DNA of 64,000 nucleotides, from positions 32,001 to 96,000 of the IMG/VR virus record IMGVR_UViG_3300009506_000005. The stretch is one strand, 5' to 3'. The position numbers and the translations under genes are program-made. The stretch comes from a virus. Positions within the stretch are counted from its first letter, which is position 1. Every line of letters starts with the position of its first letter. The notes under the pieces were generated by a model that saw only the letters and a list, made by a program, of their open reading frames with translations, was not told where the DNA came from and did no database searches. This document shows, in pieces, positions 48,368-57,871 of the stretch.

Positions 48368-50187
48368 TGAGCGATGCGCCTGACAGCGTGAAGCTCAAGG
48401 TCGTCGAGAGTGCTGCGGACGGCACGGAGAAGAACAGGGAGATCATCTTCAAGGTAGCTGGAGAGGGTGCCGGCCTGGAGAGCAACGCGGTGGTCTCCAC
48501 TCAGGAGACGGAGAATGGGTTCCTCGCGCTCGGAGCAATCGACCCTCCATACCCGCCAGATTCTCTCTGCCGCATCTTCGAGCACTCAAATTCGCTGAGG
48601 CAGTGCGTGGACGCATACGTCACGAACATTGAGAGCTTTGGCTTCCGGCTCGATCCGTTGATCGACTTCGAGAGCAGTGAGGCCGATGAGCAGATCGCCG
48701 ATGCGATCTGGTTGTCTCGCGGAGGTGGCAGCGATCGGCCGTCCGATCAGGAGGTTGCCGAGAAGAAGAAGGAGATGGTGGCCGAGGCCGTCATGGAGAA
48801 GGCCAGCCTTCTCCGCTTCTTCGGTCAGGTGGGACTCGACCTCAACCTCACGTCCCTGCGCAAGAGAAAGCGCGGAGACCAGGAGGTGCAGGGGAACGCG
48901 TACTGGGAGATCCTCAGGAGCAAGAGCGGGGAGCCGGCACGGTTCGTCCACGTTCCGGCGCAGACCGTCCGCTTGATGCCGCTCGATCCTCGCATAGTGA
49001 CCGTCAGGGAGAAGGTGAGGTCCTCGGTCTTTGCCTACACGGAGAAGCCGGCGAGGAAGCGCTTCCGCAAGTACGTCCAGATGATCAACGGGATGCCCAC
49101 CGTCTACTTCAAGCAGTTCGGCGATCCGCGCACCTACTCGAAGAAGACAGGGGATGAGATCAGAGATCCCGAGTCTCATCAATGGGACTCAGGAGATGGT
49201 CCGGCGACGGAGATCATCCACTTCGAGATCTACTCGCCGAGGAGCGCCTACGGCGTGCCGCGGTGGATCGGTGCTCTGCTTTCCGTCCTCGGTTCTCGCA
49301 GTGCCGAGGAGGTCAACTACTACTACTTCGAGAACAAGGCCGTTCCCCCTCTTGCCATCCTCGTGAGCGGGGGACGTCTGGCTGAGGAGGCGATCCCTCG
49401 TCTGGAAACGTTCATCAAGGAGAACCTCCAGGGCTCCACGAAATCATTCCACAAGATCATGATCCTGGAGGCTGAGGGGGAGAAGGGTGGCGGAACAGCC
49501 GGGAACGTGAAGATCGAGATCAAGCCCCTGACCGAGGCCATGATACAGGAGGAGCTGTTCTCGAAGTACGATGAGCGGAACATCGACAAGGTGGGGGAGG
49601 CGTTCCGTCTTCCGCGCATTCTCCGCGGGCAGTCCAAGGACTTCAACCGCGCTACTAGCCTGAGCGCCTTGCGGTTCGGCGAGGAGCAGGTCTTCCAGCC
49701 GGAGCGTGACGAGTTCGATGCGTGGATCAACCGCGAGATCTTCCCCCTGCTCAACTCGCGCTACTGGATTTTCCGGACGAACGCACCGCTCACCCGCGAT
49801 CCAGAACGCATGACGGAAATGGTCGTGAAGCTCGTGGAGGTGGGTGTTCTGACTCCGAACGAGGGGCGCCTGCTCGCGGGAGACATCTTCAACAGGGACT
49901 TCCGGGAGATCCGCGAGGACTGGGGACGCCAGCCGTTGAAGATGACTCTTGCGGGGATCAAGGGAGGGAACGGCCAGAAGGGTGCCGATGGCATGGCCCT
50001 CGACGTTGTTGGTGGAAACGATCTGGACAAGATGCGCGATGGAGATGGGCGGGAGACGGTCATGTTCAAGGTAGCGAATCTTCAGGCGCTCCGGGACCTC
50101 TGCGATCAGCGTCTATCGGACATCGACGATCATCTGCTTGCCCAGGATCTTGAGGCGTTCCCCGAGATGGACGAGCTGGAGGAGTAG
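48367..50187 (+). CDS. Portal protein (PBSX/XkdE-like)
   Basis: GNAYWEI, YGVPRW, YFENKAVP, AFRLP..LRG...FNRAT, LTPNEGR; genomic position. Confidence 0.92.
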   Translation: MSDAPDSVKLKVVESAADGTEKNREIIFKVAGEGAGLESNAVVSTQETENGFLALGAIDPPYPPDSLCRIFEHSNSLRQCVDAYVTNIESFGFRLDPLIDFESSEADEQIADAIWLSRGGGSDRPSDQEVAEKKKEMVAEAVMEKASLLRFFGQVGLDLNLTSLRKRKRGDQEVQGNAYWEILRSKSGEPARFVHVPAQTVRLMPLDPRIVTVREKVRSSVFAYTEKPARKRFRKYVQMINGMPTVYFKQFGDPRTYSKKTGDEIRDPESHQWDSGDGPATEIIHFEIYSPRSAYGVPRWIGALLSVLGSRSAEEVNYYYFENKAVPPLAILVSGGRLAEEAIPRLETFIKENLQGSTKSFHKIMILEAEGEKGGGTAGNVKIEIKPLTEAMIQEELFSKYDERNIDKVGEAFRLPRILRGQSKDFNRATSLSALRFGEEQVFQPERDEFDAWINREIFPLLNSRYWIFRTNAPLTRDPERMTEMVVKLVEVGVLTPNEGRLLAGDIFNRDFREIREDWGRQPLKMTLAGIKGGNGQKGADGMALDVVGGNDLDKMRDGDGRETVMFKVANLQALRDLCDQRLSDIDDHLLAQDLEAFPEMDELEE

Positions 50188-50196
50188 AGCACGCGG

Positions 50197-52296
50197 ATGT
50201 GCGGAAATTGCCACGCGGTCACGTCAGAGCCCGCAGAGGGGTTTGCTACACTCTGGCCACCGGCCTTTCTTGGGAACGATCAGGGTTCAGCCTTTAAGCT
50301 CGCCGGCATCTCCGGTGACACTCCGCGCGCTGCGAATGGATACGGATTGATCGGACCGAGCGGCGAGGCCATCCGCGTGAACGCCAGGACGATCGAGGAG
50401 GCCCGGGCCATCGCCTTCCTCGGAACAGCCGCTGGCCCGATCGACATCCTGGAGGCCGTGGCCATCGGCAAGGATGATCGGGTGGTGTTCCAGAAGCGCG
50501 AGCGCTTGCAGGTCGCCAAGGGCCGGGATGTCCACCGCGGAGTCATCGTGAGCTCGAACGGCTCGGTCACGAAGGCCAAGCTCCCACGCAACCCGCGCAA
50601 CCCTGAGAACTTCGACGAAGAGGTGGAGAAGCTCTCGAAGAAGACGAGCGCGATCGACAGGAAGTACCTGCTCCCGGCTGTGGCCTCCTATGTGGCGATG
50701 CTCAACCGGCAGAAGTGGGACGAGATGACGAAGGCGCAGATCAACAGCGCCTTCAAGAAAGCGGACGCAGTCTTCACCAAGAGCGTGGCAACGCAGGCGA
50801 CGAAGGCCATGCCGCCGTGGGCCAAGGCAACCGGTGACAGCGGAGTTGTTGTGGGCAAGGGCGCCTTCTACTCCGTGCACAAGGAGTATTTCGATCACAT
50901 CTCGATTTCCTGGGACCAGCCGAACACTGTGGCCATCAAGCAGATAGGCGTGCAGGGCGGATGGTGGTACAGGAACTCGGCTGGCGTCCGCTCCACGGCT
51001 CTCACAGCCGAGGCCCGCAAGATCGTCGAGCGCGGTATGCAGCAAGGGTTCGGCCGGGACCAGATCGCCAAGGACCTGCGCGCGCAGCTCGGCCGCAGCT
51101 GGAGGGCTGCGGGTTTCAACTACGCAAGGGTGAATGCGGCCGTGGCCCTGGGCCGTTCGCGTTCCTATTCAGAGCTAAAGAGTTACTTGAGCGCTGGCAT
51201 CGAATGGCTTGAAATTAAAGCAGTTCAAGACGAGAGGACCACAGACATCTGCAAAGCTCTTGATGGGCAGGTTGTGAGCGCGTCGGCTGTGGACTCGGTG
51301 AATGAGGCTGCGGCGAATGTCAGGCGCCCAGAGGACATCAAGGTCGTCAATCCATTTCTGCGAGAGATGAGGAATCCACAGACTGGATTGAAGGAGATTC
51401 GGACGCGCACTGGCGTGAAGTTCGCAACGATCCTCTCTCCCGGAGCTGGGCTTCGCGACCAGAAGGGCGTCTACGCCTTCTCGAAGATGGGAACGCAGAT
51501 GGCAGCGGAGGGCGTCGGAACTCCACCGTATCACGAATTATGTCGTTCGTGGACCGAACCAAGAGGGGATATCTTCCAGGTTCCACGCGGGATGCAGCTC
51601 CGCTCGCCTCTCCAGCGCACCATTCCGCCGCCCAAGGTTCCGCGCGAGGTGAAGAGGCCGCACGAGCCGCTCAGGGTAGTGAAGAGCCCCACGCCGGGCA
51701 ACCCCACGGTGATGGGCGTCCCGAGTGATCTGGACCGCCTGGACCCCACGGGACGCTTGCTGGAGATGGATCCAGGGCGTCCCTTCGCCCTGCGCCCTGG
51801 GAAGCACGCCTCTTTCGCGACATTTCGCCCGAACGCAGCGGGCAATGCGTTCGTGACCGGATCACGCTGGCAGTCCCTCGAACTCGATCCGCGTCTCGCC
51901 CGCATGCCTCGATACGCTGATTGGGATCAGACGGACGCGCTCCGCAACTTCAAGGCCGATGCCAGAGATCGCGTGGTCAACCTGTGGTCGAGGGCCATGA
52001 ACCAGATTGAGGATGTGAAGGCGATCATCTTGTCGGAGTCCACGGGCGCTCGCCGGGTGAGCCGCGTGTGGCAGGTTTTCGATGCGCGGACGGGGAAGAA
52101 GACGTTCTACAGGTTCGATCAAGCGAAGCGCCCCACGCGCAAGTTCCTGATCGAGCTATCGAACGCGGATGGCCAGAAGGCCGCGAAGCTGATACGCAAG
52201 CTCCAGGATACCGGATACATCACGAGAGCGTCGAATCCTGACAAGGTGTTTGGCAAGCTCGCGAAGGAAGTGGACGAGATAGGCAGGCCGCTCTAG
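50197..52296 (+). CDS. MuF / SPP1 gp7-like minor head protein with N- and C-terminal extensions
   Basis: AVQDERTTDICKALDG and PPYHELCRS; follows the portal. Confidence 0.85.
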   Translation: MCGNCHAVTSEPAEGFATLWPPAFLGNDQGSAFKLAGISGDTPRAANGYGLIGPSGEAIRVNARTIEEARAIAFLGTAAGPIDILEAVAIGKDDRVVFQKRERLQVAKGRDVHRGVIVSSNGSVTKAKLPRNPRNPENFDEEVEKLSKKTSAIDRKYLLPAVASYVAMLNRQKWDEMTKAQINSAFKKADAVFTKSVATQATKAMPPWAKATGDSGVVVGKGAFYSVHKEYFDHISISWDQPNTVAIKQIGVQGGWWYRNSAGVRSTALTAEARKIVERGMQQGFGRDQIAKDLRAQLGRSWRAAGFNYARVNAAVALGRSRSYSELKSYLSAGIEWLEIKAVQDERTTDICKALDGQVVSASAVDSVNEAAANVRRPEDIKVVNPFLREMRNPQTGLKEIRTRTGVKFATILSPGAGLRDQKGVYAFSKMGTQMAAEGVGTPPYHELCRSWTEPRGDIFQVPRGMQLRSPLQRTIPPPKVPREVKRPHEPLRVVKSPTPGNPTVMGVPSDLDRLDPTGRLLEMDPGRPFALRPGKHASFATFRPNAAGNAFVTGSRWQSLELDPRLARMPRYADWDQTDALRNFKADARDRVVNLWSRAMNQIEDVKAIILSESTGARRVSRVWQVFDARTGKKTFYRFDQAKRPTRKFLIELSNADGQKAAKLIRKLQDTGYITRASNPDKVFGKLAKEVDEIGRPL

Positions 52297-52337
52297 TTGC
52301 GGCGAGAACAGGTCAAGAACCAACGGAGGTAAAGAAA

Positions 52338-52772
52338 ATGACCGAGGAAGAGAAGAAAGACGGGAAGGGGAAAGAGGGCGAGAAGGACGGGAAGGACGAG
52401 AAGAAGGGTGACGAGGAGAAGAAGCCCGAGGAGGGAAAAGGGGGCGAGGGTGCCGCTGGCGACAAGGGCGGTGATGACAAGGAGAAGGATGGGGACGACG
52501 CCAAGGGCAAGGATGGCGGCGGTGATGACAAGGGGGACAAGGGTGGCGACGATGGAGGCGAGAAGCCGGTCAAGGACAAGCCCGAGTCCGGCGGTGAGGG
52601 TGGCGGCGGTAGTGACAAGGAAGACGGGAAAGGCGGGGACAGCGGGGGTGACGAGAAGGACTCCGGTGGTGATGGAGACGGCGACAAGGACTTCGCGTGG
52701 CCCGCTGATATGAACGCCAAGGAAGAGGACGAGAAGGACAAGATCAGCTTCGGAGACGACCCCGTCTTCTAG
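52338..52772 (+). CDS. G/D/K/E low-complexity protein with a scaffold-like C-terminus
   Basis: Low-complexity body; WPADMN...ISFG. Confidence 0.65.
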   Translation: MTEEEKKDGKGKEGEKDGKDEKKGDEEKKPEEGKGGEGAAGDKGGDDKEKDGDDAKGKDGGGDDKGDKGGDDGGEKPVKDKPESGGEGGGGSDKEDGKGGDSGGDEKDSGGDGDGDKDFAWPADMNAKEEDEKDKISFGDDPVF

Positions 52773-52781
52773 GAGGTCCCC

Positions 52782-55700
52782 GTGGGCAAGAGAGAAGGGA
52801 ACTATCGAGCGCCGACCGGGAAGGTCTCGGGTGGCAGGAAGCCGGCGGCGAAGCGCGAGGACGTCGAGGCGACGATCGAGCTTGGCGAGGAGTCCGCTAC
52901 CGCAGTGCTATCAGCGCGTTCGCTCGCGCAGAAGTTCGCCGAGGTGGCCGCTGGGTTCGATGACGATGTGATCGATCCACTTCGCGAGTGCGAGGTGGGA
53001 GAGAACGCGGTGGAGATCCTGGAGATCCTTCCGCTCGTCTCGAAGAATCTGGCAGCCGAGTTCTCACGCCTCCAGGATGAAGGTGGCGATGGGGAAGTCC
53101 CGCAGGTGGATACGGGCGATCCGCTGGAGATCGGCGCCGCCCTTCTCTCTTGCTCAGCGAACGTCAGGAAGTCCCTGGAGGACGCCCCGCGGGACATCGT
53201 AGAGGCCGTGGACCAGGGCATCGATTCCCTGCGGGCCTTTCTCTCGTTGCCGGATCAGCTCGATGGAGAGGACCATGCGGCTGAGTTCTTCACGAAGGCT
53301 GACCGCATTCCGAAGCCGTTCCGCTCGCCGGGTGGAAAGGCGCAGCTCGTCAACGTTCTTCTGTCCAGGGTTCCCGAGCACAAGGTCTACGTGGAGCCCT
53401 ACGCTGGCTCGGCCACGCTGTTCTGGGCGAAGAAGAAGGTGGAGAAGGAGGTGCTTTCTGACCTGAACGAGGGCGTCGTGGGGCTGTTCAAGTTCTTGCA
53501 GGAGGCCGGAGAGGCGGACTTCGAGTGGATGCGGAAGCAGATCTGGGGCTACGACGCGGTCAACTTCAATAAGCTCAAGGAGAAGGAGAGCGGCTCCGCA
53601 CGCTACAAGGCATATCGCTTCAAGTACCTGAACCTCTACTCCATGCGCGGGCGTGGCGAGACCATCGATGATTCCCCGCGCTCTCGCGGTCAGACGGGTG
53701 CCCTGTTCCTGCGGAACCTGGAGCGCTACAAGGAGCGCCTCGAAAACGTTCGTGTCATCCACGGTGACGCCCTGGAGGTGATGAAGAAGTACGATCGCTC
53801 TGGCGTCTTCATGTACATCGATCCTCCCTGGCGTCCAGAGCAGGGTTCTCCCGAGTGGAAGGCCTACGACCACGAGGCGTTCGAGAAGGCGGTCAGTGGA
53901 CTGAAAGCGAACGCCTTGGTCTCCTACCAGGGGAAGCTCGTACTGGGAGATGGATGGCGGAAGCACAAGCACACGAGCGTGCTGGGTGGCATCTCTAAGG
54001 AGACCACGCAATCCCTCTACTGGAACTACAACTTCCGTGGCGTTGAAGCCAAGCGCGAAGGGACGTCCGGATGCGAATTCTGCGATGCTCTCGCGGCCGA
54101 AGCCTTCGTCTGGGATGGCGGCATCATCAAGTCGTGTCACGAGCACGAGAGCCAGGCGCGCGAGCTGATCGAGAACGTGAACAAGTCCGAGGTCCTGGCC
54201 GTCCGGGATTGCGAGCTACCCGAGCAGGAGGAGGTGGCGAAGCTCTCCATCGATGAGATGAACCCGCGCAGCCTGCGAGAGGTCAGCGACAGGGAGCTGC
54301 TATCCCTCAACCGGCGCCTGCATCAACTGTATGGCAAGAACTTCGAGGGCAACGACAAGATCACGTCTGGAGACCTGAACCGAGAGGATCTGGTCAACGC
54401 CTACATCTTCGTCTCGAACGAGATGAAGACGCGGGAGATGGAGCTGAACGATACTTCCTTGGCGATCGAGGCGCGGACGCTCGCCAAGGAAGAGGGGAAG
54501 AAGGAGCTTGCTCCGGTACTCCCGGGATCATCCGGCGCGCATCCGCTGATCAAGATCGAGGAGGTGCTCCCGCACTTCAAGTCCTTCAAGATCCGCATGC
54601 CGTTCCTTTGGCTCGTTGGCTCGCTTGCGAACATGGGCAAGACGGAGAACGACATCGACCTCCTCGTGAAGGGGCCCTGCTCCGAGGAGCTGCTCCAGGT
54701 GCTCAAGTTCCGTCTCGGGCGCATGTTGCCGCCGGAGCTGAGCAAGCGCCTGTCGGTGATGGAAGACGAGCTGGGTGGCCCGTTCACCTCGCATGTGGAG
54801 CTCGCCGACCTCGTGGTGGAGATGAGGCCGGCGTTTGCGGTCAAGGAGATGGCGCTCGCCAAGCAGGACGACCCGCTCCTGGACTTGCCGAAGGAGGCCG
54901 GGAAGAAGAAGGCCGTCTTCCAGTACCACGCACGTGGGTCAAGCTTGCATCTGGATCTCAGGATGGAGCTCGCCGACTTCCTCGTGGGCTGGACCATGGC
55001 CAACCAGCGCTCTGGTAAGGTGCCAGTGATTGAGACGATGGACGAGTTGAAGAGGATCGGCTCCTCGTTCTCGCCGGACGGTGACCAGTACACGAAGCCC
55101 TTCCGCTCGCCAGCGAGACTGGCTGCGTTCCCGAAGAGCAGGCAGCCGGAAGTCTGGCTGGGGATATCAGCCAGGCGGTTCGAGCCCGGCGAGGTAGGCG
55201 CCTCGCGGAACGAGTACGGCGTGATCGTGGCCGTGGATCGGCCCTCTGTCGAGTACGGTACCCAATCAAGCCGCTTCCACGAATACTTCTTCACTGGGAA
55301 GGACGCCGCCGTGCAGGGCATTCTCGCCTTCCGCCAGCTCGTGGGGAGGGGAAAGGCCATCAAGCTGGAGGGCGAGGGGGGCGATCCATTCGAGGAGGGG
55401 CGCCGCACGCCGGCTGGCCGCACCTTCTGGACCTCGATGCTCACCTCCTCGGCGCTACCCTCCGTCCTCAAGCGGCGCGCAGTGCACGAGGGCCGAATGC
55501 CGCCCGATGGGAAGAGCGCGATCCCCATCTCGCTGGAGAGGGTCACGCCCAAGGAGTTCCGCTACTGGGAGGCCAAGGGTAAGGAGGCACGCGAGATCCG
55601 CGATGCGCTGGTCTCCTCCCGCTTCTTCACCGAGCAGAACGTAGGCATCGTGGACGGCGAGTTCCGGCGCCTCGTCCAGAAGACCTACCTCTACACCGGC

Positions 55701-57671
55701 GACGGCTCTGATTTCACGTTCAAGGCCGAGTCCGAGCCATTCGCCTTGTCTTGGCAGAGGTGGAAGGGTCAGAGCGTTGTGAGGACCGGGCCCAGCCGCC
55801 AGGTGTGGCACCTGACAGTCGGTGGTCTCCCTGGCTGGAAGCTCCAGCGTGATCCCCTCGCGGGTGACGAGGTGACGGCCGTCGAGAAGCCGAAGGCCAA
55901 CTCCGCGCTCTTCGAGCTCGAAGGTGATGTCGAGCCTGGAAAGGAGCTTGGCGGCGAGGTCCTGAACGATACCAAGGCCACGCCCTCGGAGATCTCCATC
56001 GTCGATGAGGGCCGGGCGGAGATCATCGACAGGAAGCCCGGGCTCATCCGCCTGCGGTTCAGGGGCAAGAAGCTCCAGGGGATCTACACGCTGGAGGCCG
56101 AGGAGAAGGGATCGGAGATCTGGACGTTCGCCAAGGATGCCGAGGCAGAGAAGAGAGAGGAGGACGACCCCTGGAAGACGGGTGATGTGGAGTTGGCGGA
56201 CATCGAGGACACGGAGAAGGCGATCCCCGTCCGTGGAGGGGTGCAGATCTGGGACCCTGAGAAAAAGGACCCGAACGTTGACCGCGAGCAGCTGGAGCCA
56301 CTGGCCATCTTTTCTCCGATGAAGCCGGCGAAGCGGTTCGATGACACGGCTGCGGCCGTCAAGGAGTGGGGCCATGGCGCCGCCATCGAGCACGGCGTGT
56401 TCGTGGAGCCCAAGGAGAACGGTTTTAGATTCAGCGTCCAGAAGAAGGGCGATCAGGTCTTCTCGTTCACCGAGGACGAGAAGCGGGACTTGCTTCCGCT
56501 GCTTCCAACGGTGCGCGAGGCTCTGGAGAGAATCCCCGGGGAATGGATCCTGGACACCGAGTTCATGGAGGAGGAAGAGGGCGGTGGGTTTGTTCCGCGT
56601 CGTGACTTGGCGAGGTTCAGGGGGAAGGAGCCGCAGGACGACAAGCGCGTGCGCTTGAAGGTGGTTGACCTGCTCTACCACAACGGCCGCAACTTGCTCG
56701 GACGCCCGTACCACGAGCGCCGCTCTGCCCTGCGTCGGTTCTTCGATGGGAAGAAGACGCTGGGACCGCTGGTCATCACGCCCACGAAGCTGGCGAAGAG
56801 CGCTGAGCAGCTGCAACGAGCGATCGCCTGGGCTCGCAAGGTTCCTGGGTCCGAGGGCGCCATGCTCAAGCTGTACGGATCCACTTACTCCCTCGGTGGC
56901 GAGAACTCGGCGTGGGCGAAGATCAAGGACTCGCGAGAGATTCGCGCCATCGTCTACGAGAGACATCCTGTCAAGGATTCGCCCGGGGTCTACAACTTCT
57001 TCGGCGCCGTGGGGCCCGTGCGCGAGGATGAGTGGAATGAGACTGTGGAGGTCGGAGGAAAGACCTACACGCCGGTGGGGCGCACCTTCAACTCGAAGGA
57101 GGAGGCCGAGGTCGGAGATGTCATCCGCGTGGAGGCCACGGAGATCCTCGTTGACGCGAGTGGCGACAAGAAGTCACTGCGCTGGTTCACGCCCACGGTG
57201 ATCGAACGGGTGGACACGAGACCAATGACGGCGGCCGATGTCGTAAGGCTGGCGAAGCCCGAGGAGATCAAGAAGATCGCGGACGCCATCCTCCAGCGCG
57301 AGATCCCCATCTTCAAGGCTGACGAAGAGCGGCTCGTCTACGGCGAGGTCCTCATCCCCGAGGAGGTGGACGCGCAGAAAGAGATCTACAGCGAGGAGGA
57401 GGTGCGCCAGGCGGCCCACGGGTTCATGGAGAACTTCCAGAACCTCGGTGTCATGCACAAGGAGCTCGCGAACGGGCGCCTCAAGATCCTGGAGAGCTTC
57501 ATCGCCCCGGTGGAGATGGAGATCGCTGGGAAGAAGATCAAGAAGGGCACATGGCTCCTCGCCGTCCGCGTGATTTCGGACAAGCTGTGGAAGCAGGTGA
57601 AGGACGGAAAATGGACCGGATTTTCTATCGGCGGATCGGCCGTTCGCGTGGCGGAAACCTCGGCAACTTGA
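52782..57671 (+). CDS. Polyprotein: Dam-like methylase + nucleotidyltransferase + LigD 3'-phosphoesterase-like domain(s) + ATP-dependent DNA ligase + XkdF-type prohead protease
   Basis: PGGK/EPYAGS/DPPW; VGS..NDIDL; QYHARGSSLHLDLRME; EPKENG/LDTEF/VDLL/EGAMLK/WAKIK; LVYGEVLIP...MH...ESFIAP...GFSIGG. Confidence 0.88.
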   Translation: MGKREGNYRAPTGKVSGGRKPAAKREDVEATIELGEESATAVLSARSLAQKFAEVAAGFDDDVIDPLRECEVGENAVEILEILPLVSKNLAAEFSRLQDEGGDGEVPQVDTGDPLEIGAALLSCSANVRKSLEDAPRDIVEAVDQGIDSLRAFLSLPDQLDGEDHAAEFFTKADRIPKPFRSPGGKAQLVNVLLSRVPEHKVYVEPYAGSATLFWAKKKVEKEVLSDLNEGVVGLFKFLQEAGEADFEWMRKQIWGYDAVNFNKLKEKESGSARYKAYRFKYLNLYSMRGRGETIDDSPRSRGQTGALFLRNLERYKERLENVRVIHGDALEVMKKYDRSGVFMYIDPPWRPEQGSPEWKAYDHEAFEKAVSGLKANALVSYQGKLVLGDGWRKHKHTSVLGGISKETTQSLYWNYNFRGVEAKREGTSGCEFCDALAAEAFVWDGGIIKSCHEHESQARELIENVNKSEVLAVRDCELPEQEEVAKLSIDEMNPRSLREVSDRELLSLNRRLHQLYGKNFEGNDKITSGDLNREDLVNAYIFVSNEMKTREMELNDTSLAIEARTLAKEEGKKELAPVLPGSSGAHPLIKIEEVLPHFKSFKIRMPFLWLVGSLANMGKTENDIDLLVKGPCSEELLQVLKFRLGRMLPPELSKRLSVMEDELGGPFTSHVELADLVVEMRPAFAVKEMALAKQDDPLLDLPKEAGKKKAVFQYHARGSSLHLDLRMELADFLVGWTMANQRSGKVPVIETMDELKRIGSSFSPDGDQYTKPFRSPARLAAFPKSRQPEVWLGISARRFEPGEVGASRNEYGVIVAVDRPSVEYGTQSSRFHEYFFTGKDAAVQGILAFRQLVGRGKAIKLEGEGGDPFEEGRRTPAGRTFWTSMLTSSALPSVLKRRAVHEGRMPPDGKSAIPISLERVTPKEFRYWEAKGKEAREIRDALVSSRFFTEQNVGIVDGEFRRLVQKTYLYTGDGSDFTFKAESEPFALSWQRWKGQSVVRTGPSRQVWHLTVGGLPGWKLQRDPLAGDEVTAVEKPKANSALFELEGDVEPGKELGGEVLNDTKATPSEISIVDEGRAEIIDRKPGLIRLRFRGKKLQGIYTLEAEEKGSEIWTFAKDAEAEKREEDDPWKTGDVELADIEDTEKAIPVRGGVQIWDPEKKDPNVDREQLEPLAIFSPMKPAKRFDDTAAAVKEWGHGAAIEHGVFVEPKENGFRFSVQKKGDQVFSFTEDEKRDLLPLLPTVREALERIPGEWILDTEFMEEEEGGGFVPRRDLARFRGKEPQDDKRVRLKVVDLLYHNGRNLLGRPYHERRSALRRFFDGKKTLGPLVITPTKLAKSAEQLQRAIAWARKVPGSEGAMLKLYGSTYSLGGENSAWAKIKDSREIRAIVYERHPVKDSPGVYNFFGAVGPVREDEWNETVEVGGKTYTPVGRTFNSKEEAEVGDVIRVEATEILVDASGDKKSLRWFTPTVIERVDTRPMTAADVVRLAKPEEIKKIADAILQREIPIFKADEERLVYGEVLIPEEVDAQKEIYSEEEVRQAAHGFMENFQNLGVMHKELANGRLKILESFIAPVEMEIAGKKIKKGTWLLAVRVISDKLWKQVKDGKWTGFSIGGSAVRVAETSAT

Positions 57672-57735
57672 CAAGCCCTACATTCAGGCGGCAAAATATC
57701 ACCAATTGACACGGGTATTTCGGAGCGGGTAGGAT
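57668..57735 (+). promoter_or_regulatory. Tandem sigma70-like promoters for scaffold and capsid
   Basis: TTGACA-18-CAAAAT (57668) and TTGACA-18-TAGGAT (57706). Confidence 0.6.
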
Positions 57736-57871
57736 CTAGGAAATCGCGCGACTTGGAAGGGGAACCCAACGTGGCGCGGAAGTGAACAAGATGACTGCAT
57801 CCTTGCAAAGTTCCCCATCCCAATCACACGGTCGGATCGGAGCGTTGCTACCTACCCACGGGGAGAGGTAA

